Shown one piece after another: positions 38,719-49,183 of a stretch of DNA of 64,000 nucleotides. The notes below the pieces were generated by a model that was given only the letters and a program-made list of their open reading frames with translations, was not told the DNA's origin and did not search any database. Every line of letters starts with the position of its first letter. Position 1 is the stretch's first letter. The stretch is from contig NW_026923439.1 in the NCBI RefSeq assembly GCF_032062105.1, forward strand, positions 1 to 64,000, given 5' to 3'. The translations under genes were made by a program, and so were the position numbers. The stretch comes from Saccostrea cucullata (Eukaryota).

Positions 38719-39906
38719 AACAAGAAGTGTTTGTGAAACACTTATGTCCCCGTGTGGCAGCTCTTAGAGAAGGTTGATTTTTCTCAATTTATAAATGCAA
38801 GTCGAGGGATGAAAAAAAGATGTTACCCAAAGAAAATATGAAAGCTCACGCACTATTGATTAATAAATTGCTGCCAAGATTAAAATTTTGTAAACGTGGG
38901 TAAAAATCCAAGGTCATAGGGTCGAATCAAAGGTACTTAGGGAAAGACCTTGTCATAAAAAATACACATGTAAAAAATTATATTAACAAGAAATGTTTGT
39001 AAAACACTTATGCCCCCCTCCCCCAAATTGGAATTTTTCTAAATCCAAAAGGGCATAACTCTGTCAAAAATGGCGCGATTGTACCCAAAACTGAATTTGA
39101 CAAAGATGTTTATCTGAAAATCTGTATACCAATTTTCATGTCAGTATGTGCAACCTCTGCAAAGAAAATGAACCGAAACTGCAAATAATTGGAATTTTTC
39201 TGAGTCCAAGGGACATAACTCTGTCAAAAATGGTGCGATCGTACCCAAAACAGAACTTGACCTAGATATTCATGTGATATATCTGTATATATATATATAT
39301 ATTTGTGCAGCGGTTGCGAAGAAAATGAACGGAAACTAAGTGGACCGACAGACCGACCGACAGACAGCAGCAAAGCAATATGCCCTCCCTTCTTCGAAGG
39401 GGGGCATAAAAATATCGAATCTGTTCAAAAGTTATGACCAATGTTAAAGTTTTTCAAAAGTATGTCAAACTCCATCGTCAATGTTGTTGGAAGGAAGGCC
39501 TTGTCAATGGGATACATAAAAATTCAAAAATTATGTCCAAGATTAAATTTATTAAAAAGATTATCAAACTCAAAGGTCAAGGTCAAAATTATTTATACCT
39601 ATGAAAAGGTCTTATCACAATATAACATGTGAGGTATGAAAGCGGCTAGCACCAATTAACTGTTCAAAAGTTATAGACAAAGTCAATGTTGGGTAAATTT
39701 TTGCAAAATTTGGTCAATTAAAATCTAAGGTCAAGAGGTCAAATATGTTGATACCCAAAGAGAGCCCCACATGGAATATGCTATAGCTCCAACCAATTAA
39801 AACTTACGGGCAATGTTTAAGTTTTTGCATACAAATAGATAAACAGACATACCGACGGACAGGACAAAACTATATACACCAGGAACTTCGATTTCTAGAG
39901 TGTAAA
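38719..39906 (+). mobile_element. Two nested HINE-type elements (inner copy about 38986-39411)
   Basis: Two near-identical 5' ends (aacaagaa(g/a)tgtttgt(g/a)aaacacttatg) at 38719 and 38986. The inner copy has a tandem duplication, a GACC/GACA microsatellite and the hairpin tatgccctcccttcttcgaaggggggcata. The outer copy ends with a microsatellite at about 39835-39865. Confidence 0.7.
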
Positions 39907-40969
39907 ATGTTGTTTCTAAAGATATCCATAGCACATGAATCCTTTGTCCAAAGGTCATAGGGATGGTGGAGGTCAGAAAATTATGACGAGACCAAATTGC
40001 TTGACTCGAAAATAAATATTGTATAAATATTCACATCAAATATTTTATAAGATTTTTCTGACAACATCAAGAACTGCGAACACCTAGTGGCACTTTGTTA
40101 GAACTGTTGAATGTAAACCATATTTTGGGGTATGTACAAGCTTTCTATTATTCTTTTATCATCTCGATGGAGGATTTTTACAATATTTAAAATGGTATAA
40201 ATTTTGTATTTAAATACTTGAAATACCCCGCTAGTTATTTCTTTGTTTAAAAAAGGTGTTTGTTTTATTGCTGCATTGTTAAAATATTAAAATTTGCTTA
40301 TCATGCATTTTATCTTGCAGGAAACTATGTACTTCATAGCCATGATCAATCAAGTACCTAGACAAACCGTTCTATCTGAAATGATATTGTCCTACGGACC
40401 TGGTTTAAATAAAATCCACAAATGTTTCCTTTCTGTATGTATATACGGAAGTAGAAAAATCAAGTCATTCAGCTGGTATAGAATAAACATTTTCTTTTGT
40501 TAAATCGAATTAACAGAAATATAATTAAAATAAAACCATGACTGAAGAATGTTGTTCAATGTTGGACAAAGCAGTATTCTGGATATACAAACAAACTGAA
40601 ACAATTATCATACATACAAATATCAGAATCTGCGAGTTGATAATTATTAAAACAACATTCAAGTATGAACATGCAATTATTGCAGGTTTTTTTTTCATCC
40701 TTTGACTTATCTTGGCCATTGGCGTTGTTATCAAGTTTATGAAATTTATCAGATCATATCTTAAAAATTGAAAATCTTTAATAAATATTGTTAAAAACAA
40801 TTTTTAAACATCCGGAAGATTAAATAATCCAGAAATTGTACAGAGGATGTCAGATCAATGTTTATACCATCTAACACTTTATATCCAACACATCATTCGG
40901 CTTCCATAAAAACAGTCCTAAATATCACTTCATTTCGATTAATCCATGGGACCTCTGTTATTGAAGTAT

Positions 40970-41134
40970 TTAACGTTTCTTCAATTTGTCTATTTTATGT
41001 CCTCCTTTTAATCCTACATAGACACCGACAGCAAACCCTGCTAGAAATGTGAACGTAACGATCCAAAACAACGCCTTCCCTTTAACCTCTATCTCCAGAC
41101 CATCTTCTCCAATCTCAATGTCCAAGTCTGACAT
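40970..41134 (-). CDS. 54-aa single-pass membrane microprotein with a glycine zipper (not in the ORF track)
   Basis: Hand translation: MSDLDIEIGEDGLEIEVKGKALFWIVTFTFLAGFAVGVYVGLKGGHKIDKLKKR. Purine at -3, acidic N-terminus, TM helix with GxxxGxxxG, basic C-tail. Confidence 0.65.
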   Translation of the reverse strand: MSDLDIEIGEDGLEIEVKGKALFWIVTFTFLAGFAVGVYVGLKGGHKIDKLKKR

Positions 41135-41689
41135 TTCTATGTCACGGGTCTAGTCTCACGAGTGACGATCAATGTAACAACATGCAACCACTTGACTAAA
41201 CGTGACTATAAGTGATACCGGTTAAGGTGATTGCTTATGTTTGTAAAGGGGAACAAGGCAGTGGGTTACAAAGCTAACATCGAGAAATGCTATATTTTAT
41301 CATGTAGAGCTAAGAAGTATATAATTACTATAGGACTTAGGTAAACATAATGTTATAGATCGAGATATTAAGGTCCGCAGGTACGTATAGCAGGCCCCTA
41401 TACATATAGGAACTCCCCTGATGAGTTTACCCGATATATATACTAATCAAAAAGAATTTTTTAAAAAGCCTTTTACGCTTCTTTTGAATTTTAAATGTCT
41501 AATATAAAAAAAGTCCTTGTTTTACCCTGGGAGATCCAAAACAAGTGTTAGTTCAAAAAGTAAAATAGGAGGTGTACAGTAGCATTATGTAATAAAGAAT
41601 CTGTTAAAGTACATGTATGTATATCATTCAATTTTATTCAGTGGTATAGGAGGAGTTGCGGATAAGAGACGCTAGCATGGGTACCCCTC

Positions 41690-42255
41690 AATATTATATA
41701 AATGGTGCCTGTTTTGGAGGGTAACAGTTGAAACTGCCACCCCTCGGAAAACCATTGTCAACCGACGCGTCAGCAGAGGTTGACAATGGTTTTCCGAGGG
41801 GTGGCAAAAATATGTGTTTATTATACAAAAATTAAAAAAGAAAAAAATCGTCGATCATCTTTACGTTCACGTTTAGAAAGCTTTCAAACTCCTCGCTACT
41901 TCTAAAAAGATTTACTGACCTTTTTATTGTTTGTTTGATACTCTAAGAGTCTTTTATCATATAAAGTTTCATTATTTTTGCACTCGCAAGCGCATGATTC
42001 GTCTGTCATTTGTTGTTTTCAAGTACATCGGACGCAAGCTTTTAGTGACGTCAAGTTTATTCCAGTTCTTTCAAACGCGCAACTGACGTTTTGAGAATTC
42101 TACGGTGAACCGTACGCGCATAATATCCACGCATGTGGCATTACCGTTGTGTTACCCGTTGTCACATGCGTTGTTAAGGCTGAGGGTAATAGAACGGATT
42201 GTTAACTGCGTCTAAACCAATCAGATTTTAGTATTTAACATGAAAGTATAATAAA
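41690..42255. mobile_element. Non-autonomous element with a long internal palindrome
   Basis: tgccacccctcggaaaaccattgtcaacc-(loop)-ggttgacaatggttttccgaggggtggca at 41735-41806; boundaries approximate. Confidence 0.55.
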
Positions 42256-42790
42256 AGGTCATATTATCTATACTGAACGGTCGGATATACATGTCAATAA
42301 GAGACATAAATAAAATTGACTGACGCAAAAATACTTTTTTGTACCATTTATAAGGACTATGAAAGGGAAATGTGATATCGGCCCGGTTTACTATAACATA
42401 TGTGTTCAAGCATTTTTGTCAAGTAAAATAGATAAATTACATGTAATCTATTTAGACAAGAGACAACCTAGAAAAACACCATTCTGAAACAAAGCACCTA
42501 TGATTGTGGTGAGCTTGACCCTGAGTGGCTGCGCGACACACGTTTGTTGGCTCAGGTGAGCTAAAACAGTATCACTACTGTATATACGGTAACTAAGCGA
42601 AAAAATCACAAGAGTTAAACCAAGTAACTCTTGGTAATAAGGCGAGCAGGTTTATTATTATTTTTTTTTTTTTACAACAAAATCAATGTAGAATGGCGTA
42701 AGTTAGGCCTAACAATAAATTTTCAGTAGGCTTGGTAATAGTCAACTTTTGATTCATCAAAACAATATTAATTTCACCGTAAGTATGCAA

Positions 42791-42862
42791 TCCTCGGTAG
42801 TATAGTGGTAAGTATCCCCGCCTGTCACGCGGGAGACCGGGGTTCGATTCCCCGCCGGGGAG
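42791..42862 (+). tRNA. trnD-GUC: tRNA-Asp (anticodon GTC)
   Basis: TCCTCGG/CCGGGGA acceptor stem, A-box TAGTATAGTGG, anticodon arm CCCGC-CTGTCAC-GCGGG, B-box GGTTCGATTCC, discriminator G. Confidence 0.97.
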
Positions 42863-42868
42863 GTAGCA

Positions 42869-42881
42869 TTTTTTTTTTTTA
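42869..42881 (+). terminator. RNA polymerase III oligo-T terminator of tRNA-Asp
   Basis: Run of 13 T starting 7 nt after the tRNA. Confidence 0.85.
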
Positions 42882-43491
42882 TAGGATATATATCTTTTAC
42901 ATTTTTTTGCATTTTCAATCAACCGTTTCATAGTATTTATTTGCAGTAAATCTGATGACGTTTTTTTGTTTTATTATTCAGTGGAAGCATTTCCGGAGAG
43001 AGAGAAGACACGGACAGTATTGGAAGACTTATGTAGATCTGTTTGAAAAGGATATAGTGTTTCTGGCGAAGAAGTGGTAAGTATGGACTCATTTAATTGA
43101 TTCAACGGATATAAAGTGAAATAGTCAAACAATGTTTTGTGTTTACATTGACTTTAAAAAATATTATGAGCCACCAAGTACAGTGTAGCAGGTCATGAGT
43201 ACAAAGTGAAAGTAAGCTGTTGTGAACAAGTTTTGGTAAAATCCACTTGTATTAATCCATTTGACTAAAATTTCATCCCATTCTCCGACAGGGTATGACT
43301 CGATGATCTAAAATGTCTTATAAAATTGTGCCAAATTCCGCAAATTTTGTAGATACATGGTAGGCTTTTACGTCTACTTTCATTTTCGTTTGTGTTTCAC
43401 TTAGGCATGTTAAAACATAATATATCAACATACACTAGTCTTAGTCTCATGTTTTATATTGTAGATCAAAGGACCTGACTTTTCCTAAAGT

Positions 43492-43683
43492 ATGGCCAGA
43501 CTCCGCGAAGTATCTGGCACCACGGCCCTGGTTTTGGCGGGTCTGACGTTTGCCTTGGGGTTCTACCTGGGTTACAAGGCAAAAGCTTATCGCCTTCGAT
43601 ATCTCCATAATAAAAGAGATCGTCTGATGAATAAACTGAACAAAGCAACAGAGGACATTCAGTATACAATGAACAATATTTGA
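43492..43683 (+). CDS. MTLN: Mitoregulin-like mitochondrial microprotein (63 aa)
   Basis: EVSGTTALVLAGLTFALGFYLGYKAKAYRLRYLHNKRDRLMNKL aligns without gaps to human mitoregulin as I recall it (DVSERTLQLSVLVAFASGVLLGWQANRLRRRYLDWRKRRLQDKL), 17/44 identical. Strong Kozak (A at -3, G at +4), acceptor at 43464, upstream non-coding exon ending at 43076 (G|gtaagt). Confidence 0.8.
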   Translation: MARLREVSGTTALVLAGLTFALGFYLGYKAKAYRLRYLHNKRDRLMNKLNKATEDIQYTMNNI

Positions 43684-44580
43684 CAAATACTCGGTTTAGG
43701 TTGTCTGCAATCTCTTTGATATTTTTTAGGTCATATAGATAGGCCTGTATATTTATTGAAATGTCAGCACATAGGGATTATTGGTAACAGAATTTATGCT
43801 GATATAATTTATTGTACATTTTATATGATATATTTTAACATTTACTTGAATATTGTATATCAAGTAATATACTGTATATAATTGAGATTAAAATTTTCTA
43901 TAATAATCATATCCTGTATCAGCCTGAGACACATATATATAGATCACAAAACAGTAGAATGTGAACCAAAAATATATTGTGTTTTATCATAAGTACAGGC
44001 ATCAGGATCACGAATCAAACTTAAACTTATAATTATTCAAATTTTTAATCGCCTATAAAATATTTATCAATTATAGAATTTATTTTTAAATTCGCACATA
44101 ACACCTCAGTGAAACAATATTGAAAAATAGTTTTATATATTTTGGTTTGCTTGACTTCTACAACATTTTATTATAAAATGAAGAGGCTTACTTTTTTTCA
44201 GTTGCCGATTTCTTTCAGTACCATTTTTTGGCATACAATACTACATTTCCCTTGTATCACTTTACCCTAGTACAAACTAGGGAAGGGGAATGTCATTGAG
44301 CCTTTCAGTGAACATTTTTAATAGTAAAAGTAATGTTGGGGAAAAAAGTGAGAGGGCCAGTGTAATACACTACTGTACATGTATATATACCTTCCCGTAT
44401 TATTAACCCTGGAAGATTTGTAGTTTGTACCTAATCTTCCTTCGAAGTGTACTGGTATTATTTTTAATTACATGTGTATATGACCCCTCTGTACATCAAG
44501 AAAAAGTTCATGCTCATTAATTTTTTTTAAATTAAAAATGTTATTTTATAAAGGTGTAAAAAGTAGTACATGTGCCGAGT

Positions 44581-44668
44581 TAGCTGCAATAATGTAGCCC
44601 TCTCCAATTTTTTTTAATCTGATGTTTACTCCCATAAAAAAAGAAGAGGGCTACATTTTTGCAGCTAG
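44581..44668. mobile_element. Miniature TA-flanked inverted-repeat element
   Basis: tagctgcaataatgtagccctct...agagggctacatttttgcagcta. Confidence 0.65.
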
Positions 44669-45257
44669 TATTGAGTTTATTATATCTACATGTATTTCAT
44701 TTATTATAGAGTAAATCAGCGATTTGCACCCGTATGTTCAAAGATCGAGAACTAAGTATTGATGAACTAAGATATCACCGTCATTTAACTAGTGTGAAAA
44801 ATACTATAGTACATGCAAAAAGTGTGTTCAAATATTTAAGAAAGCTTGAATCGATTTCAAATTGAGTAATAATAAACGGAGCCTAATAAACGAAATGCTT
44901 CACTTCATCTTTTTTTATCTGTAAGATCAGTTTAAAGACGATCCTTATATAGCGGAAAAAAAATCTCGTATCGGGAAGTCCTCAGCTTTAAGAGGTATGT
45001 TTTGTGCTTACAATAGTTTTTTTAACTTGCTAGCACCAACAACACAGGACTTCGATCGTAAATGACTTCCGTAATATGGGCATTAAGTGGTGTGAATAGT
45101 TTTCAGTCTTAAATACTAATCTCGTTGGAAAACTGAATTTAATAATAAAAAAAAATCTTTTTCAAGATATCACCCAGAAACTAGTGTTACACTCAAACAG
45201 AATGGGCCCTTGAAGCCCATTATTAACTTACATCACGATAATTAGATTAATAAATTT

Positions 45258-46730
45258 TTAATATTTTATTTGCTCGTAAAGTGACAAAAGTTCTGTGAAA
45301 GACTGAAATCTGTAGTAAGTTAAAAATGGGTACAAAATTAGCTGAATGACTCGGTAGAAGCGGTCCTTTGCCATGCCGATATCCTGCAGACCCACCAATG
45401 AGTTCACCATCCAGTTGGACATGTTGATGCTGGATAGAAGCAGTATCAGAAGCTTGGTGTTCTGTGAAATGTCAAGGTCGTTTCCTAGGTCCTCAAATCT
45501 GTGACCCACGATGATGAAAATCGTTTGATAGAGGACTCCTACACTATTGGAGACTCTATAGACGATGAAATATGGTCCGCGCTCCTCTACAGCAATGGCA
45601 GATACACTGAAAGCAATGACTGCCATAGAACTCACTGTTAACGCCACCTCGTTGAAGTTGACATCTTTGGTGTGTAGGACAAAGTTCAGCTTACGGAAAA
45701 AGTTGTGATTTATCGCTAAAATTAACATTAGAACAAACAATTTTATAGAACATACGAAACCTATGGTTATATTTTGCAAATTAGAACTAGGTGCAATTGT
45801 AGTCCATGGCAGAATAACTAGTGTTGAGATATTCCAGACAGCTGCAGTGACCAGAAATAGACAGATCTTGATTTTCGGGAAGGAAAAGACTGGCAGCGAT
45901 TTTTGTAAAATGCTCGTCGAATGGCTACAGTTACCAGACAGATGAGAATCACGAGGATTTTTAATTAAACCTGGAATAGTTTTTCTTTCGGTCAGTCCAA
46001 AAACGAAGGATGTTGCCAGAACTGCAAACTCTAGGGTCACGGGCAGCCTGAAAGGCATGGTGATTTTGGCGAATTTTTTAATTGAGTCGCTCTGCACATA
46101 TGAACAGTTTACCTGGTAAGTCCCATTCTCATCAGGGTTTAACAACAAATCTCTGTTTTCTGAAATTCTGAACAAAATAGACCTTATCCAGTCCACTAGG
46201 TTTCCTATCGCAATGAGTGACATGAGATATTTCATTTTGGCGGAACATATGAATGTATACCGACTTGTACATGTCATAAAAATGACTTGCACAAGAACAA
46301 ATACAATGTTCACGGAGCCATGAACCAAAAGGGAGTATAACAGCTCATCTTGTACTGCATATTTACAGTGTAAGTAAAATATAATGTAAATGAACGAGAA
46401 GGTACACTTTACAATACCAAAGAACCACAGAAAGCCCATGTTTACTTTTGTCACTGTCGGGATACGCGAATCCTTGCACCCTATCCATTCTTCTTGTTGG
46501 CAGAACACCGACACAATGAGATATACGGTGACGAGCAGACCCAAGAAGCAAGTCAATATGGAGATGATGTCCAACACAAGATTTGCGGTGACATCACCCA
46601 TGCCTCTCTCCTCGTAGGTAAAAATGGCCACCGAAAGAATCCCAAGAATTGCAGAGAACATGAGCACGGATCCTACATCTCCGTCAAATAGTTCTCCATA
46701 ACGGTTTCTTCGCAGCTGATGCATCTCCAT
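45258..46730 (-). CDS. Otopetrin-family proton channel, intronless and divergent
   Basis: 490-aa ORF with about 12 hydrophobic segments in two halves. Motifs VFVLVQVIF, GNLVDW, PVTLEF, YQTIFI, NMSNW and YPFLTYYRFQS correspond to the otopetrin Q, N-x3-W, P-x2-IEY and P-x2-IFYRFHS signatures. Confidence 0.85.
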   Translation of the reverse strand: MEMHQLRRNRYGELFDGDVGSVLMFSAILGILSVAIFTYEERGMGDVTANLVLDIISILTCFLGLLVTVYLIVSVFCQQEEWIGCKDSRIPTVTKVNMGFLWFFGIVKCTFSFIYIIFYLHCKYAVQDELLYSLLVHGSVNIVFVLVQVIFMTCTSRYTFICSAKMKYLMSLIAIGNLVDWIRSILFRISENRDLLLNPDENGTYQVNCSYVQSDSIKKFAKITMPFRLPVTLEFAVLATSFVFGLTERKTIPGLIKNPRDSHLSGNCSHSTSILQKSLPVFSFPKIKICLFLVTAAVWNISTLVILPWTTIAPSSNLQNITIGFVCSIKLFVLMLILAINHNFFRKLNFVLHTKDVNFNEVALTVSSMAVIAFSVSAIAVEERGPYFIVYRVSNSVGVLYQTIFIIVGHRFEDLGNDLDISQNTKLLILLLSSINMSNWMVNSLVGLQDIGMAKDRFYRVIQLILYPFLTYYRFQSFTELLSLYEQIKY

Positions 46731-47179
46731 CTTGGTTAAAATGTGGAGAAATTTACATCTACTGTGATATGTCTAATGAACAAAGTTAGTACACCATTAG
46801 TTCTGTTATCTCAAAATGTGCAAGTATGTGATGAATATCGACCATCTGCGGAAGTTTCATGAAATCATTCACAAGGAAGTCCTCCAAGTCAGCAAAATAG
46901 AATTGAAGTTTCTCATACTTCCCGTCCATAAGAACTTAATTGTTCGTGTGTAATGTTGTGGAAAATAATGTGAAGAGTCCCTTCGTGTTGATGATAAATA
47001 TGTATTAATTGATTGAAGAGTCAGCAATAAAATAAAGGTGGTTTTCTATAAGATTTGTTCCACAAAACTTTTCCACTTTGTTTTTTATATAATTGATGAA
47101 AATCACGAGGTACTTAAGCTTTTAAGTGAAATGAAGATTTGAGTCAGTAAGAAACCGGACTAGACTTTTTTAAATGTTT

Positions 47180-47845
47180 TTTTTTGGTTCCAAAATTTCA
47201 TTTCTTGACCTTTGAGTATGACACATTTTTGCAATTTTTTTTAAGTCAAACTTTTGAAAAGTTGGTGCTAAGACTTAATTCATACATGTACTTCACCTGT
47301 GTATGATTGCGACAAGATCTTTACCAAGGATATTAATATCTTAAGTGTTTTGAATTTGACCGTAAAGTTTGAATCGCAATTGAAAAATTTTTAAGTTGTG
47401 ATATAACTTTTGAATTGTTAATGCTAGGGTTTTCATATTTTACTGGTATACTTCTTGTGACAACATCCTTCTTTGGATACTAACAAATTGACCTATTTTG
47501 ATCTTGGAGTTTGGCCTACTTTTGAAAAACTTTAATGTTGATTATAATTTTTGAACATTTGGTGCTCATGCATCAATATTTCACATTAGTATTTCTTATG
47601 ACAGGGCCTTCCTCTGGGTATATCTGTATTTAGACCCTTTAACCTTGGAGTTGTGACCCAAATTTCAAAAAAAGCTTTTTCGACCATTTTTGAATGGATG
47701 GTGCTTAAGCTTTTATAGTTCTTGGTTTATTCACCAAGACAAGTTCTTTCTTTGGGTAAGAACATTTTCTTCTCTGACGACCTGGAAGTTTGACTTGCAT
47801 TTGAGAAACTTCAATCTTCGCCAAAAGCTACGGGGGTAAACGTTT
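47180..47845. repeat. Degenerate tandem array (unit of about 120-140 bp), probably an old HINE-type element
   Basis: Recurrent aacttttgaa...tgcta / ttcttgtgaca / ccttggagtt motifs. Confidence 0.45.
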
Positions 47846-47969
47846 TTTTTTTTTAAAATACATCTTTTTTTAAATGCATTTTATTCATGTTAAAGGTGAA
47901 TACTTTGTAATTGGTTATATTTCCTTTTTTAATTTTTAATAACTTTCAACATATTACTTATAAACTAAA

Positions 47970-48203
47970 TTATAACACTATGATATACGTTAGAAATATT
48001 GCAATTAATACAGGTAAAAAGAGAGCAGAATATATGATGACACATGCTATCAGTTCTCGTCGTTGTATCAGTTGTCGTCTGCAGAGTGGCTTCTGTCGTC
48101 TGCTTTGGATCATCTCCACGCAGTCATCGTACATGAACATGATCATTCTCCACCGCTCCTGCAATGACTCCAGTGTGTTTTGGACCCCACGATCCAGAAG
48201 CAT
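47970..48203 (-). CDS. Putative tail-anchored small protein (77 aa from the first good ATG; the frame is open back to the acceptor at 48286)
   Basis: MLLDRGVQNTLESLQERWRM...ELIACVIIYSALFLPVLIAIFLTYIIVL. accATG context, acceptor tatttcag upstream, and a C-terminal hydrophobic helix running to the stop. No family recognised. Confidence 0.45.
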   Translation of the reverse strand: MLLDRGVQNTLESLQERWRMIMFMYDDCVEMIQSRRQKPLCRRQLIQRRELIACVIIYSALFLPVLIAIFLTYIIVL

Positions 48204-49034
48204 GGTGTTTTTAATCCGAGCATACTCTCCTGTTAAGGTCCCGTATTTTTCTTGACGTCTGTCTTCCTTCAGCGATACCCTCCTCTGAAATAACAATATC
48301 AATTTAAGGATTCATAGAAATTCTCTGAAAGAACAACACCTTATTCTTTCAATTACATGGTCAATTGGAATTCTCTTTAAAAACAATATCGTTTGACTCG
48401 TTGGAATTCTCTGCAATAAGAAAAAAACATGGATTCATGGTGGTTCTATGAAAGGACAATTTATTTGATCTGTCATGGATTAATCGAAATCATGGAAATT
48501 CTCTGTAAGGGTAATGCCTAAAATTCAGACAAAATTCTATTTATTAAGACCAGCATTTCCCCAAAAGCATATTAATAAAAAGGGAATTTCGTTTTAATAT
48601 TGTAAATTAATCGACTCAATATTTTTTATCATTTTGAGTTCGTCAAAAAAAAAAATACTTAAGTGGATTACTTTTTATATGGGTGTAACATATATCACGT
48701 AATACTTCCATTTCTAATTTTTCTCTCTGTGATAACTCTTTGAAAGTTAGCGGAGTTAATTTCTTGATTATTCTACCGGAATGAAAATTAGGCAGATCAA
48801 TAGGTCAGGAGCTGAGGAGGCCTAATATGCATGCAAATCTCGTGCTCATCTGTCTCTGAGTCTGACACTAAGGAGGCTAAATATGCATGAAAATCTCGTG
48901 CGACTGCCGTTGTGTCTGACGTCAGTGGGCGAAGACTATTGAAATTAGGATGGGAATCCTCGTGTAATTTAAATCTATGTCTGCATTTTTAAAGTCTAAA
49001 TCTACAATTTTATTTCACAATGAAATGGAAATAT

Positions 49035-49183
49035 AAGGAATCACTGTCTAGTTATAGTATAGTATGCAAGAGACATGGGATAATTTATGCATAACGGGCT
49101 TCACCCATTATGCAAATTATACCATGTTTCCCACTATTGTTGATGCCCTGGCATACTATACTAACTAGACAGTGATTCCTTAA
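49035..49183. repeat. Palindromic (foldback) element
   Basis: taaggaatcactgtctagttatagtatagtatgc ... gcatactatactaactagacagtgattcctta with an inner hairpin. Confidence 0.75.

Noticed and set aside
42683-42931. 82-aa minus-strand ORF (LPGGESNPGLPRDRRG)
   Set aside because: It is the antisense translation of tRNA-Asp.
45763-46691. Several short ORFs overlapping the otopetrin
   Set aside because: Antisense or alternative-frame shadows of a long coding exon.
48670-48990. Possible middle coding exon for the 47970 gene
   Set aside because: Every frame I tried hits a stop or is out of phase with the flanking exons.
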